In this document: positions 1-7,593 of the stretch, one piece after another | Numbering within the stretch: position 1 is the stretch's first letter | How the letters are laid out: every line of letters starts with the position of its first letter | Virus record (IMG/VR): IMGVR_UViG_3300022746_000034 | Span: 1 to 42,994 of that record | Length of the DNA stretch: 42,994 nt | Reading direction: 5' to 3' (one strand) | Origin: a virus | Taxonomy: Duplodnaviria; Caudoviricetes | The notes under the pieces: model-generated | Database searches by the model: none | The model's input: only the letters and a program-made list of their open reading frames with translations | Told to the model about the DNA's origin: nothing | Made by a program: the position numbers and the translations under genes

Positions 1-46
1 GCTTGCTGTACACAGAGCTGATGAGCCAAGCAATTGAGAGGTCTGT

Positions 47-187
47 ATGAGTGAATCAACCGAAAGTCTTTTGACTTTACTTGCTTTGATATTTGGATCT
101 ATCGCTGTGTTTGTCGTCGCATTCCTTTGGTGGTGCGACAGATACATCGACAAGATGTTTGACCATGACGACAAAATTGATTTTTAA
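47..187 (+). CDS. small single-pass membrane protein (46 aa, MSESTESLLTLLALIFGSIAVFVVAFLWW...)
   Basis: Manually translated; GAGAGG upstream, ATGA overlap with an upstream stop, one hydrophobic stretch. Confidence 0.6.
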   Translation: MSESTESLLTLLALIFGSIAVFVVAFLWWCDRYIDKMFDHDDKIDF

Positions 188-202
188 CCTAGGAGAAAAC
201 CC

Positions 203-703
203 ATGAGACTTACCAACACAATTCGCGACGCATTCGTTCGCGCAGCAATGGCAGATGTGCCAAAGAAGAATTTTGAAAAAGACATTCACGACTTGATTAA
301 AGAGGATGCAAAAAAACTTTTGCCACCAAAGATACTTGAGCTTGTCGAGGACCCAAAGATGCGTGAATTTATCAAGGGTCATTCACACTACATTCGCGGC
401 TACACCATAAACAACGTTTGGGTTTATGGATCAGCATACGAGCGCAGCCCAAAGGTAAACACAAAGGTTGAGGCATTGCTTTGCGAAGCTGAGGAGCAAG
501 TCGAGAGCATGAATAAACTTCAGCACAATCTTCGTGCAGCGGCATATTCAGTGACAACTCGCAAGGCTCTTGTTGAGATGCTGCCAGAGTTTGAAAAGTA
601 TTTGCCGGAGACAGAGGCAAAAGCAAATCGCTCACTGCCCGTCGTTGCTAACATCGTGGCCGACTTCACAAAGGCTGGCTGGCCAGCGAAAGGTAAAAAA
701 TGA
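203..703 (+). CDS. phage protein, possibly Nmad5 (nucleotide-modification-associated domain 5) family
   Basis: AGGAGA RBS; N-terminus MRLTNTIRDAFVRAAM and C-terminal T-x-K-x-L-x-E-x-x-P-E pattern recalled from the family; family call tentative. Confidence 0.55.
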   Translation: MRLTNTIRDAFVRAAMADVPKKNFEKDIHDLIKEDAKKLLPPKILELVEDPKMREFIKGHSHYIRGYTINNVWVYGSAYERSPKVNTKVEALLCEAEEQVESMNKLQHNLRAAAYSVTTRKALVEMLPEFEKYLPETEAKANRSLPVVANIVADFTKAGWPAKGKK

Positions 704-924
704 AATTCTTAAAGCAAACCGTTGAGTTCATTCGTGACTCGTTTCGCATGCCAAGCGCTGAGGTGATGGCCATTAAAGAACTTGAGCTGGCCAAGCGTGA
801 GTTGCTTCAAATGCAGACCGCCAAGGACTACTCATCTCGCATGGTTGAGTACAACCAAGACCGCATTCGTCGCCTGACTGCGCACATTGCGAAAGCAATT
901 CCAACTCTGAACGACGCACCATGA
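700..924 (+). CDS. hypothetical protein (74 aa, helical)
   Basis: ATGA coupling to previous gene, AAAGGT RBS. Confidence 0.75.
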   Translation: MKFLKQTVEFIRDSFRMPSAEVMAIKELELAKRELLQMQTAKDYSSRMVEYNQDRIRRLTAHIAKAIPTLNDAP

Positions 925-1079
925 CAGCGACGTGGGCACTTGTATTCATGCTGTGCTCGCGTAGCTGCGAACCACAGTACACCATTCCCTACAACTCGCG
1001 AAGCGAGTGCGTGCGGGCTATTCCAAAAGACATGCGCTCGAGCGAGAAGGCCGTGTGCATTCCAATTTCAAAGGACTAA
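921..1079 (+). CDS. small Cys-containing hypothetical protein (52 aa, MTATWALVFMLCSRSCEPQ...)
   Basis: Manually translated; ATGA coupling to previous gene. Confidence 0.55.
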   Translation: MTATWALVFMLCSRSCEPQYTIPYNSRSECVRAIPKDMRSSEKAVCIPISKD

Positions 1080-1100
1080 GTGTGAAAAAACAACACCCGC

Positions 1101-1139
1101 AAAAATAATTCTTGCATGACTTCACAACTGTGATACACT
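1101..1139 (+). promoter_or_regulatory. early promoter/operator copy 1
   Basis: AAAAATAATT, TTGCAT-16-TACACT with extended TG; core TTCACAACTGTGATACACT repeated at 2324, 3522 and (reverse) 15255. Confidence 0.8.
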
Positions 1140-1206
1140 GAGTTCAACGAAGCAAAAAAGCTTCCCGCCCCCAGCGGTTCTGGGGCACTCCAGAAGGACA
1201 AACAAA

Positions 1207-1386
1207 ATGCAAATCCTAGTAGAAGTCAAAAACGTTTACGGCGTTCAAACCGTATACCCAGTCTGCGAACAAGCAAAGTTCTTCGCTGCATTGGCTGGAA
1301 CCAAGACCCTGACATCTCAGGCTCTCAAGCTGATCAAGCAAGCTGGCTACCAAGTCTGCGTCGCAACCCCCGAACTCGCAATCTAA
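1207..1386 (+). CDS. hypothetical phage protein (59 aa, MQILVEVKNVYGVQTVYPVCEQAK...)
   Basis: Manually translated; AAGGA RBS; fills the gap after promoter 1. Confidence 0.8.
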   Translation: MQILVEVKNVYGVQTVYPVCEQAKFFAALAGTKTLTSQALKLIKQAGYQVCVATPELAI

Positions 1387-1398
1387 TCGGAGCGAACC

Positions 1399-1611
1399 AT
1401 GCGCATGTACACCACATACCAAATCAAGTGCAACCAGACTGGTGAGACTTGGTCCAACAACTTCAACGAATCAGACGCACGCTTTGTCGGCGTTCAAAAA
1501 TCATTCGTTGATAACGGCGGTCTCAATTTCGATCAAGCAAACGCTTTTATCTTCAGCATGAACCGCGCGCAAAAAAACTACAAAAACGAATTCACTTACA
1601 GCCTTAACTAA
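1399..1611 (+). CDS. hypothetical protein (70 aa)
   Basis: GGAG RBS; ORF track. Confidence 0.75.
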   Translation: MRMYTTYQIKCNQTGETWSNNFNESDARFVGVQKSFVDNGGLNFDQANAFIFSMNRAQKNYKNEFTYSLN

Positions 1612-1624
1612 TCAGGAGCACACC

Positions 1625-1804
1625 ATGACAACACAGCAAACACTCAACGCGGCCATGCTGCAAGCCACCCCATTCCAACGCGGCAAGGTTTACTATGTGG
1701 CCGACATGGCCAAGTGCCCATTGTGGGTTGCATACGACGCACTGGTGTCAGAAGAGTGGGACGAGCAAGACGCCATCATCGACATTCAAGCCGCCCCCAA
1801 TTGA
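1625..1804 (+). CDS. hypothetical acidic protein (59 aa, MTTQQTLNAAMLQATPFQRG...)
   Basis: Manually translated; AGGAG RBS. Confidence 0.7.
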   Translation: MTTQQTLNAAMLQATPFQRGKVYYVADMAKCPLWVAYDALVSEEWDEQDAIIDIQAAPN

Positions 1805-1831
1805 CCAGTGGGATATCAACAGGAGCACATC

Positions 1832-2131
1832 ATGTTCAACTTAAACGACATCGACAACATTGAATCCAACGACTGCGGCGCTGACGAATATTACGCCTCG
1901 ATCCAGAACGCAATCAACAGCGGCATGTGGGGCCTGCAAGGTAGTTACGGCCGCACCATGATGGAAGCCATCAACTCTGGTTGCTGCTTGCTTGGCAAGT
2001 CCCGCGCCAGCGACTACTACGGCAACGTGATCCCAAGCCGCGATGACGTCAAGGCAGGGACCAAGGGCAGCTACGACTTTGTGGCCGACGCCATGGGTGT
2101 TGAGTACGCTGACGCAATGGCAGCACTTTAA
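1832..2131 (+). CDS. hypothetical phage protein (W-x-LQG-x-YGR motif)
   Basis: AGGAG RBS before ATG 1832 (start moved from 1808). Confidence 0.8.
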   Translation: MFNLNDIDNIESNDCGADEYYASIQNAINSGMWGLQGSYGRTMMEAINSGCCLLGKSRASDYYGNVIPSRDDVKAGTKGSYDFVADAMGVEYADAMAAL

Positions 2132-2144
2132 TCGGGAGAACGCA

Positions 2145-2336
2145 ATGTCAATTCCAGAATACAAGATGGTCCCAGCCCCGATCAAAGGATCTGGCGACAA
2201 CACTTGGTACAACCAAGGTTGCGAAGGCTGTGACTTTCGCTACATGCGAGAAGTCAAGTGTTCTGCAATTGACTGTCGCCCACGCAACGGCATCCCAGTC
2301 ATTGCAAAAATAATTCAACAACCTTCACAACTGTGA
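2145..2336 (+). CDS. small Cys-rich protein (CxxC...C...C, possible Zn binding)
   Basis: GGGAG RBS before ATG 2145 (start moved from 2043). Confidence 0.65.
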   Translation: MSIPEYKMVPAPIKGSGDNTWYNQGCEGCDFRYMREVKCSAIDCRPRNGIPVIAKIIQQPSQL

Positions 2337-2342
2337 TACAAT
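2306..2342 (+). promoter_or_regulatory. early promoter/operator copy 2
   Basis: AAAAATAATT...TTCACAACTGTGATACAAT (extended -10 TG-A-TACAAT). Confidence 0.8.
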
Positions 2343-2387
2343 AACTTCACTGGCCCAGCAGATTCTGGGACGCATCAGGAGATCATC

Positions 2388-2861
2388 ATGTCAGCATTCA
2401 TCGTTTCAAATACTCAGATCAACGCCATCGTCCGTGCCGCTAGTCGCATGGGACTGTCTTACCAATACGCAGGCATGACCCGCCGCGTTGCAGGCATGGA
2501 GCAGGAGATGGCTGAGATGCTTCTCTGCGCAAACTACGACAGCGTCAATGCGCGCTACAAAGAAGACAACCTGCCACGCGAAATCATTTATCGCCTCGAC
2601 GCGCCACTCTTGCCTGCCTTGTCGATCATCAAGTTGGCCACCAGCTTGGCCTATCAAAGCTGCGAGTTCGACGAGTACGACGCCAGCGAATCCAAAGCTT
2701 TCACAGATGCGTTGATTAGCTGGTCAGTCAACAAATTGCCCGGCTACGACGCAGCGCCATGGACCATTGAAGACGACGAGCCTGCTGGCCCAGTCGGTTT
2801 GGTCGAGCAAATGAACGCACTCAAGAAGGCCGGCAAGTTGATCGTTGTCAATGTGAAGTAA
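2388..2861 (+). CDS. hypothetical phage protein (157 aa)
   Basis: AGGAG RBS; globular-like composition. Confidence 0.8.
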   Translation: MSAFIVSNTQINAIVRAASRMGLSYQYAGMTRRVAGMEQEMAEMLLCANYDSVNARYKEDNLPREIIYRLDAPLLPALSIIKLATSLAYQSCEFDEYDASESKAFTDALISWSVNKLPGYDAAPWTIEDDEPAGPVGLVEQMNALKKAGKLIVVNVK

Positions 2862-2871
2862 GGGGATCGAC

Positions 2872-3330
2872 ATGACAAAAATTCTTTTAGGAAAACTCAA
2901 GGCAGACGCTGGCACTTTTGCCGATGGCGAGAATGTTTGGCTAACTAAGCAAGAGTGGGCATGCGGTTGGTACTGGTCCTTCGGCTACCTTGGCAACAAG
3001 AATTGCCACTTCCACTTTGACAGCCTGCTGTACATCAAGGACAGCAAGGGCAGCGTGAAGTACACAGCCAGCGATCTGTTCGAGTCGACCAACATCAGCG
3101 ACAAAGAGTGGTGGGTAATGCGTGACTTGTTTGTTCAAGCTTATGCACTGCAAAAAGCCGCCGAGGTTTACCGATGCGGCGGACATCAATCGACAGTGAT
3201 TGGCGTGACAGACGTGCTCAAGGACGCCGACATGGCCAAGCGTTTGAATGCAGATTTAGAAAAGATTCTTAACGTGTTGTGGGACTACGCCTGCAAGGCA
3301 ATTGAAAAGAAAGAAGAGGTGTCAGCATGA
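2872..3330 (+). CDS. hypothetical protein (152 aa, W-x-CGWYW-x-FGY motif)
   Basis: AAGGGG RBS; ORF track. Confidence 0.8.
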   Translation: MTKILLGKLKADAGTFADGENVWLTKQEWACGWYWSFGYLGNKNCHFHFDSLLYIKDSKGSVKYTASDLFESTNISDKEWWVMRDLFVQAYALQKAAEVYRCGGHQSTVIGVTDVLKDADMAKRLNADLEKILNVLWDYACKAIEKKEEVSA

Positions 3331-3503
3331 TCACGATCGAAATTAAAAGTGGCGGCGCTGCATTTGTGAACGAGGGTCCACGCGAGGAGATCGCTCGAAT
3401 CCTGCGTGAGCTGGCCATCCGAATCGAGGAGGGCCAGACCCCAACAATCGTCCGTGATCTCAATGGCAACAAGTGCGGCACAGTCTTTATGCAAATAGAT
3501 TGA
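3327..3503 (+). CDS. hypothetical protein (58 aa, MITIEIKSGGAAF...EIARILRELA...RDLNGNKCG)
   Basis: Manually translated; GAGGT RBS, ATGA coupling. Confidence 0.75.
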   Translation: MITIEIKSGGAAFVNEGPREEIARILRELAIRIEEGQTPTIVRDLNGNKCGTVFMQID

Positions 3504-3540
3504 AAATAATTTTAAATTTGTTTCACACCTGTGATACAAT
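3503..3540 (+). promoter_or_regulatory. early promoter/operator copy 3, upstream of the recombination/replication operon
   Basis: AAAATAATT...TTCACACCTGTGATACAAT. Confidence 0.8.
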
Positions 3541-3585
3541 TCTCCCGAGACGCAAGTTTTTTAACCACTCCAGAAGGACAACACA

Positions 3586-3966
3586 ATGAAAACTATTCAA
3601 GACCTCGTGACTGCACGCATTGCAGCAAAGCGCATCGAAGACGAAGCCGTGGCCAAGCGCCGCGAGATCGATGAGCAAATCTCTCTTCAACTCTCCACCG
3701 GTAAAGCCGAGGGTACTGAGTCAATGAAGCTGGCTGACATCGGCGCCAAGGTGACTGTGACTTACAAAGTCACACGCAAGGTTGACACCGAAGCATTGCA
3801 GGCTGGCTGGCAAAACCTGTCAGAAGACCAGCAGGCTGCATTCAAGTGGAGCGCCGACGTCAGCGTCAGTGCGCTTCGCAAATTCCAAGGCGACGATCTG
3901 GTTAAGGTCTCGAAGTTCTTCGAGTCCAAGCCATCTGCGCCCACCATCAAAATCGAAATGATCTAA
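3586..3966 (+). CDS. phage protein preceding Sak4 (126 aa, N-terminal coiled coil)
   Basis: AAGGA RBS; position typical of recombination modules. Confidence 0.75.
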   Translation: MKTIQDLVTARIAAKRIEDEAVAKRREIDEQISLQLSTGKAEGTESMKLADIGAKVTVTYKVTRKVDTEALQAGWQNLSEDQQAAFKWSADVSVSALRKFQGDDLVKVSKFFESKPSAPTIKIEMI

Positions 3967-3976
3967 GGGGACATCA

Positions 3977-4666
3977 ATGGCTATCACTCTCTCATCCACC
4001 AAACAAGCTGCCGAAATCAGCGGCTTGAAGTTCTTGGTCCACGGCCCAGCCGGCGCAGGTAAAACAACTCTCTGCGGCACGACTGGCGAATCCACCATCA
4101 TCATCAGCGCTGAGTCTGGCTTGCTGTCTCTGCGTCACTTGGACATCCCAGTGATCGAGGTCAAGACACTCGAGCAGCTGTACGAAGCCTACGACTATGT
4201 GGCCAACACACCTGACGGCCAAGCATTCAAATGGATCTGCTTGGACTCCATCAGCGAGATCGCTGAAGTTGTGCTCAACCACGAAAAGAAAGCAGCCAAG
4301 GACCCGCGCCAAGCATACGGTGCGCTGGCCGAAAAGATGACCGACCTGATCCGCGCGTTCCGTGACATGCCCGGTCGCAACGTGATGTTCTCTTGCAAGC
4401 AAGAGCGCGCCAAGGATGAGCAAACTGGTGCGATGCTGTACTACCCAGCTATGCCCGGCAACATGCTCAAGCAAGGCGTCGGCTACTTCTTTGATTTCGT
4501 CTTCGCCCTTCGCGTTGAGAAGGATGGCGACGGCAACCCAACACGCTGGCTGCAAACGAGCCGCGACTATAACTACGAAGCTAAAGACCGCTCAGGCAGT
4601 CTTGAGATGTTCGAGTCCCCCGACCTGTCAGCTATCGCTGCCAAGGTCAAATCAACAGGAGCATGA
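3977..4666 (+). CDS. sak4: Sak4-like AAA_24 ATPase / single-strand annealing protein
   Basis: Walker A GPAGAGKTT, Walker B ICLDSISE, AESGLLSL, EAKDRSG; adjacent to SSB. Confidence 0.85.
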   Translation: MAITLSSTKQAAEISGLKFLVHGPAGAGKTTLCGTTGESTIIISAESGLLSLRHLDIPVIEVKTLEQLYEAYDYVANTPDGQAFKWICLDSISEIAEVVLNHEKKAAKDPRQAYGALAEKMTDLIRAFRDMPGRNVMFSCKQERAKDEQTGAMLYYPAMPGNMLKQGVGYFFDFVFALRVEKDGDGNPTRWLQTSRDYNYEAKDRSGSLEMFESPDLSAIAAKVKSTGA

Positions 4667-4667
4667 C

Positions 4668-4865
4668 ATGGCCAAAGCATTTCAATCAGCAGTTGTGAAG
4701 ATCACCCTAGAGCTTACAAATCAAGAGGCTGAATACCTCAAGAGCCTGACTCAAAATTACCTAGGCCCAGACGCAGAATACGCAGAGCCAAAAATTGAGA
4801 GTTCGATTAGATGCGAAATCTTCAATGCCTTGCATGATGCAATGCAGGATTTCAAAATCGAATAA
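4668..4865 (+). CDS. hypothetical protein (65 aa, MAKAFQSAVVKITLEL...)
   Basis: AGGAG RBS; 3' part of ORF 4416..4865. Confidence 0.65.
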   Translation: MAKAFQSAVVKITLELTNQEAEYLKSLTQNYLGPDAEYAEPKIESSIRCEIFNALHDAMQDFKIE

Positions 4866-4927
4866 GCCTAACGAGTCAGGGGCTTTATACCTGACTCACA
4901 ACAATCCATTTAACAAAGGACACCCAA

Positions 4928-5452
4928 ATGGCACGCTTAAATTTCAACACAAGCAACGTCGAGAAACGCGAAAACACTTACGAACTCCTGCCCGCAGGCT
5001 GGTACATCGCTCAGGTCTCAGAGTCTGACATCGTCCCGCTGAACTCGGGCAACGGTCAAGCTTTGAAGCTGACCTTTGACATCCTGTCTGAGCAAGGCCG
5101 CGGCCGCAAAGTGTGGGCACGCTTGAACATTCAGCACACCAACCCCAAGGCTGAGACCATCGCCCAGCAACAGCTGCGCGAGTTGTGCGACTCCATTGGC
5201 ATCGTGCAAATGCAAGACACCGTCGAGCTGCACAACAAGCCCGTGCAGGTCCGTGTGAAAATTCGCAAGTCCGAGGACCCACAGTACGACGACAGCAACG
5301 AGATTGCTGGATTCAAGGCCGTAGACGGCGCCGCAGGTGCAGGCAGTAGCATGCCCCCTACCTCGCGCCCAGCCCCCTCTTCCTCGCCCGCTCCTGCAGC
5401 CGCAGCAGCACCGGCAGCTGGTGGCTCTACCCCTCCTTGGGCCAAGAAGTAA
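4928..5452 (+). CDS. DUF669-family single-stranded DNA-binding protein
   Basis: LPAGWY, GRKVWARLN, IAQQQLRELC, flexible Ala/Pro tail ending PPWAKK; follows Sak4. Confidence 0.85.
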   Translation: MARLNFNTSNVEKRENTYELLPAGWYIAQVSESDIVPLNSGNGQALKLTFDILSEQGRGRKVWARLNIQHTNPKAETIAQQQLRELCDSIGIVQMQDTVELHNKPVQVRVKIRKSEDPQYDDSNEIAGFKAVDGAAGAGSSMPPTSRPAPSSSPAPAAAAAPAAGGSTPPWAKK

Positions 5453-5457
5453 TTGAC

Positions 5458-5535
5458 GAGGTCGAAAGCGGATGCTGTGCTGCTGAGGGTTCTCGGTGGG
5501 CCGGACACAGACGCAGCGAGTAGACCTCACCTTTT
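5458..5535 (+). ncRNA. candidate structured RNA (closing stem GAGGTC/GACCTC, loop-E-like GAA/AGTA, inner CTGTG/CACAG stem)
   Basis: Complementary segments visible in the intergenic region; ends ACC + T-run. Confidence 0.45.
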
Positions 5536-5537
5536 AC

Positions 5538-5591
5538 GGGCGGCAGCTACAGCAGTATTCGGATGGGCCGAATACGCCGCCCACCTTTTTT
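5538..5591 (+). ncRNA. tRNA-like minihelix or terminator (GGGCGGC/GCCGCCC stacked on GTATTCGG/CCGAATAC, then ACC-TTTTTT)
   Basis: Direct base-pairing inspection. Confidence 0.45.
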
Positions 5592-5616
5592 CATCAACGA
5601 CATCAAAGGAAATTAA

Positions 5617-5880
5617 ATGTCAAATCAAAACCAACCTCCAATCATCACCATTAAGTTCGTGCCAGCCGGCGTAGAGCTGGTGCTAAACGCATTGAACACG
5701 TTGCCACGCGGACAAGTCGAAGCCTTGTACCAAGAGGTGCTTGGCCAATACCAATACCAAATGCAAGAGCTGCAAAAGCAAGCTCAAGCTGAGGCTTTGA
5801 TCGCTGAGTCAAAAGCCAAAGCCGAAGCCGCCAAGGCAGAGGACGCCGGCCAACAACAACCTGAAGGGGCAGCAGAATGA
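5617..5880 (+). CDS. hypothetical protein (87 aa)
   Basis: AAAGGA RBS. Confidence 0.75.
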   Translation: MSNQNQPPIITIKFVPAGVELVLNALNTLPRGQVEALYQEVLGQYQYQMQELQKQAQAEALIAESKAKAEAAKAEDAGQQQPEGAAE

Positions 5881-6086
5881 CCACACGTATCTACTCTGTA
5901 GCTTCAACAACTGGTGAAGGCTTTCACTTGGTCGAGGCAGCAACAAAGAATGCAGCCTTGCGCCACGTAGCCGAAGGCTTGTTCCACGTTGAGGTGGCAA
6001 ACCAAAAGACACTCGTCGCAGCAATGCAAGACGGTGTGAAGATTGAAGTCGCTGGCGCACAAGTCGCGACTGAATCAGCCGAGTAA
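5877..6086 (+). CDS. hypothetical protein (69 aa)
   Basis: ATGA coupling to previous gene. Confidence 0.75.
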   Translation: MTTRIYSVASTTGEGFHLVEAATKNAALRHVAEGLFHVEVANQKTLVAAMQDGVKIEVAGAQVATESAE

Positions 6087-6110
6087 TCGGTGGCTCCCTT
6101 CGGGGAGCCT

Positions 6111-6184
6111 GTAAAGGTGAGGGGTACCTTGGTTGGCGCAGCCGCGCGGCGGGAGGTTCAAATCCTCCGACCCCTCACCTTTGC
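6111..6184 (+). ncRNA. tRNA-like element with perfect T-arm (GGAGG-TTCAAAT-CCTCC) but no D or anticodon arm
   Basis: AAAGGTGAGGGGT/ACCCCTCACCTTT stem, T-arm 6152-6168; preceded by a TTCG hairpin at 6092-6109. Confidence 0.55.
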
Positions 6185-6202
6185 AACAAGACGGAGAACA
6201 AA

Positions 6203-7258
6203 ATGGCAGCACTGCCCGAACCAAACCACACCACGGTCGCTAAGATTTACAAAGCCTACGAGGACGACGCCGAATCAGGCAACCGCCCGCACTTGGGCGC
6301 CAGCTTGATTGGCCGCCCATGCGAGCGCCAGCTTTGGCTGACGTTTCGCTGGGTCGATGCCAAAAAATTTACCGGCCGCATGCTGCGCCTGTTTGAGACT
6401 GGCCAGATGGCTGAGGCCCGCTTTACTGCAAACTTGCGACGCATCGGCATCGAGGTTCACGACGTCACGCCAGAGGGTAAGCAGTGGCGCGTGCAGGCTT
6501 TAGGCAACCACTTCGGTGGCAGCATGGACGGTGCGGGCGTGGGCTTTCCAGAGGCGCCCAAGACTTGGCACGTGCTTGAGTTCAAGACTCACAATGAAAA
6601 AAGCTTTACCGACTTGGTAAAGAAAAAAGTCCAAGGCGCAAAGCCTGAGCACTACGCGCAGATGCAAATCTACATGGGCCTCACTGGGCTCGAGCGTGCG
6701 TTCTATCTGGCCGTCAACAAGAACACCGACGAGCTGTACAGCGAGCGCGTTGACTTTGATGTGAGCGAGTTCGCCAAGCTGAAGGCGCGTGCTGAGCGAG
6801 TCATCTTCTCCAACGAGCCGCCACTCAAGTGCAGCAACGACCCGAGCTGGTTCACCTGCAAGATGTGCGACTTTCATGCGCACTGCCACGGCGAGATGGC
6901 GCCTGCTGTCAATTGCCGCACGTGTGCACACTCCACCGCCGAGCCTGATGGCGACGCGCGCTGGTCATGCGCTCATCACAAGTTTGATCTGACGGTCGAC
7001 GTGCAGCGACAGGGTTGCACCAACCATCGCTACATTCCAATTTTGCTGGACAACTTTGCCACCATGACCGACTTCGTTGACGGTGATGTGGTGTACACGA
7101 GCAAAGCCACCGGCCAGACGTTTGCCAACGGCGAGCGCTTGACGTCACTCGACTCGCAAGAGATTCGGGATCTCGAAAACAAGATCATGCTCGGCGACGT
7201 GGCCAAGCTGAAGCTTGAGTTGCAAGCTCAAGGCGTGAGTGGAACGGTGGTGAAGTGA
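6203..7258 (+). CDS. PD-(D/E)XK exonuclease (Cas4/RecB-like, Cys-rich)
   Basis: HLGASLIGRPCERQLW, GSMDG, LEFKT, HYAQMQIYM, C-terminal CxxC clusters. Confidence 0.85.
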   Translation: MAALPEPNHTTVAKIYKAYEDDAESGNRPHLGASLIGRPCERQLWLTFRWVDAKKFTGRMLRLFETGQMAEARFTANLRRIGIEVHDVTPEGKQWRVQALGNHFGGSMDGAGVGFPEAPKTWHVLEFKTHNEKSFTDLVKKKVQGAKPEHYAQMQIYMGLTGLERAFYLAVNKNTDELYSERVDFDVSEFAKLKARAERVIFSNEPPLKCSNDPSWFTCKMCDFHAHCHGEMAPAVNCRTCAHSTAEPDGDARWSCAHHKFDLTVDVQRQGCTNHRYIPILLDNFATMTDFVDGDVVYTSKATGQTFANGERLTSLDSQEIRDLENKIMLGDVAKLKLELQAQGVSGTVVK

Positions 7259-7593
7259 TGAATTACCCGATTGAAGTTAGAAAGATTGCCGCAGAAGTTC
7301 CACTCTTTCAATACAACCAAATCAACACGTGGCAGTCGCTATATCAGAGCCGCGACAGTGAGGATGAGATCAAGCGGCAACTGATACTCAAGGCTGCCGA
7401 CCAGATCTGCCACAAGTTTGTCGGCCAGTTGATGGATCGCGCGCAAATCAAGACTTATAACGAGCCAGAAGGTATGGCCACCAAGGTAACATGCGTCGCA
7501 CTTAGCTATGACGAGTTGGTGAATCTGCTTTACCGGGCCTATGCCGATGGTCAGAGTGATGGGATGCGCAGAAATTTCAAGGTGGATCTTTAA
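7255..7593 (+). CDS. hypothetical protein (112 aa)
   Basis: Overlapping start and stop with neighbours on both sides. Confidence 0.65.
   Translation: MMNYPIEVRKIAAEVPLFQYNQINTWQSLYQSRDSEDEIKRQLILKAADQICHKFVGQLMDRAQIKTYNEPEGMATKVTCVALSYDELVNLLYRAYADGQSDGMRRNFKVDL

Noticed and set aside
5453-5674. 73-aa + strand ORF over the structured intergenic region
   Set aside because: TTG start without a convincing RBS, overlaps the next gene, and the sequence is better explained by RNA stems
6090-6308. 72-aa ORF, and a canonical tRNA call, at the T-arm element
   Set aside because: The ORF lacks an RBS and overlaps the nuclease gene; the element has no D or anticodon arm and ends ACCT, so it is not a standard tRNA
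6203-7258. Cas4-like nuclease as a sign of CRISPR-Cas
   Set aside because: No repeat-spacer array or other cas genes; it sits in a standard Sak4/SSB/helicase recombination module
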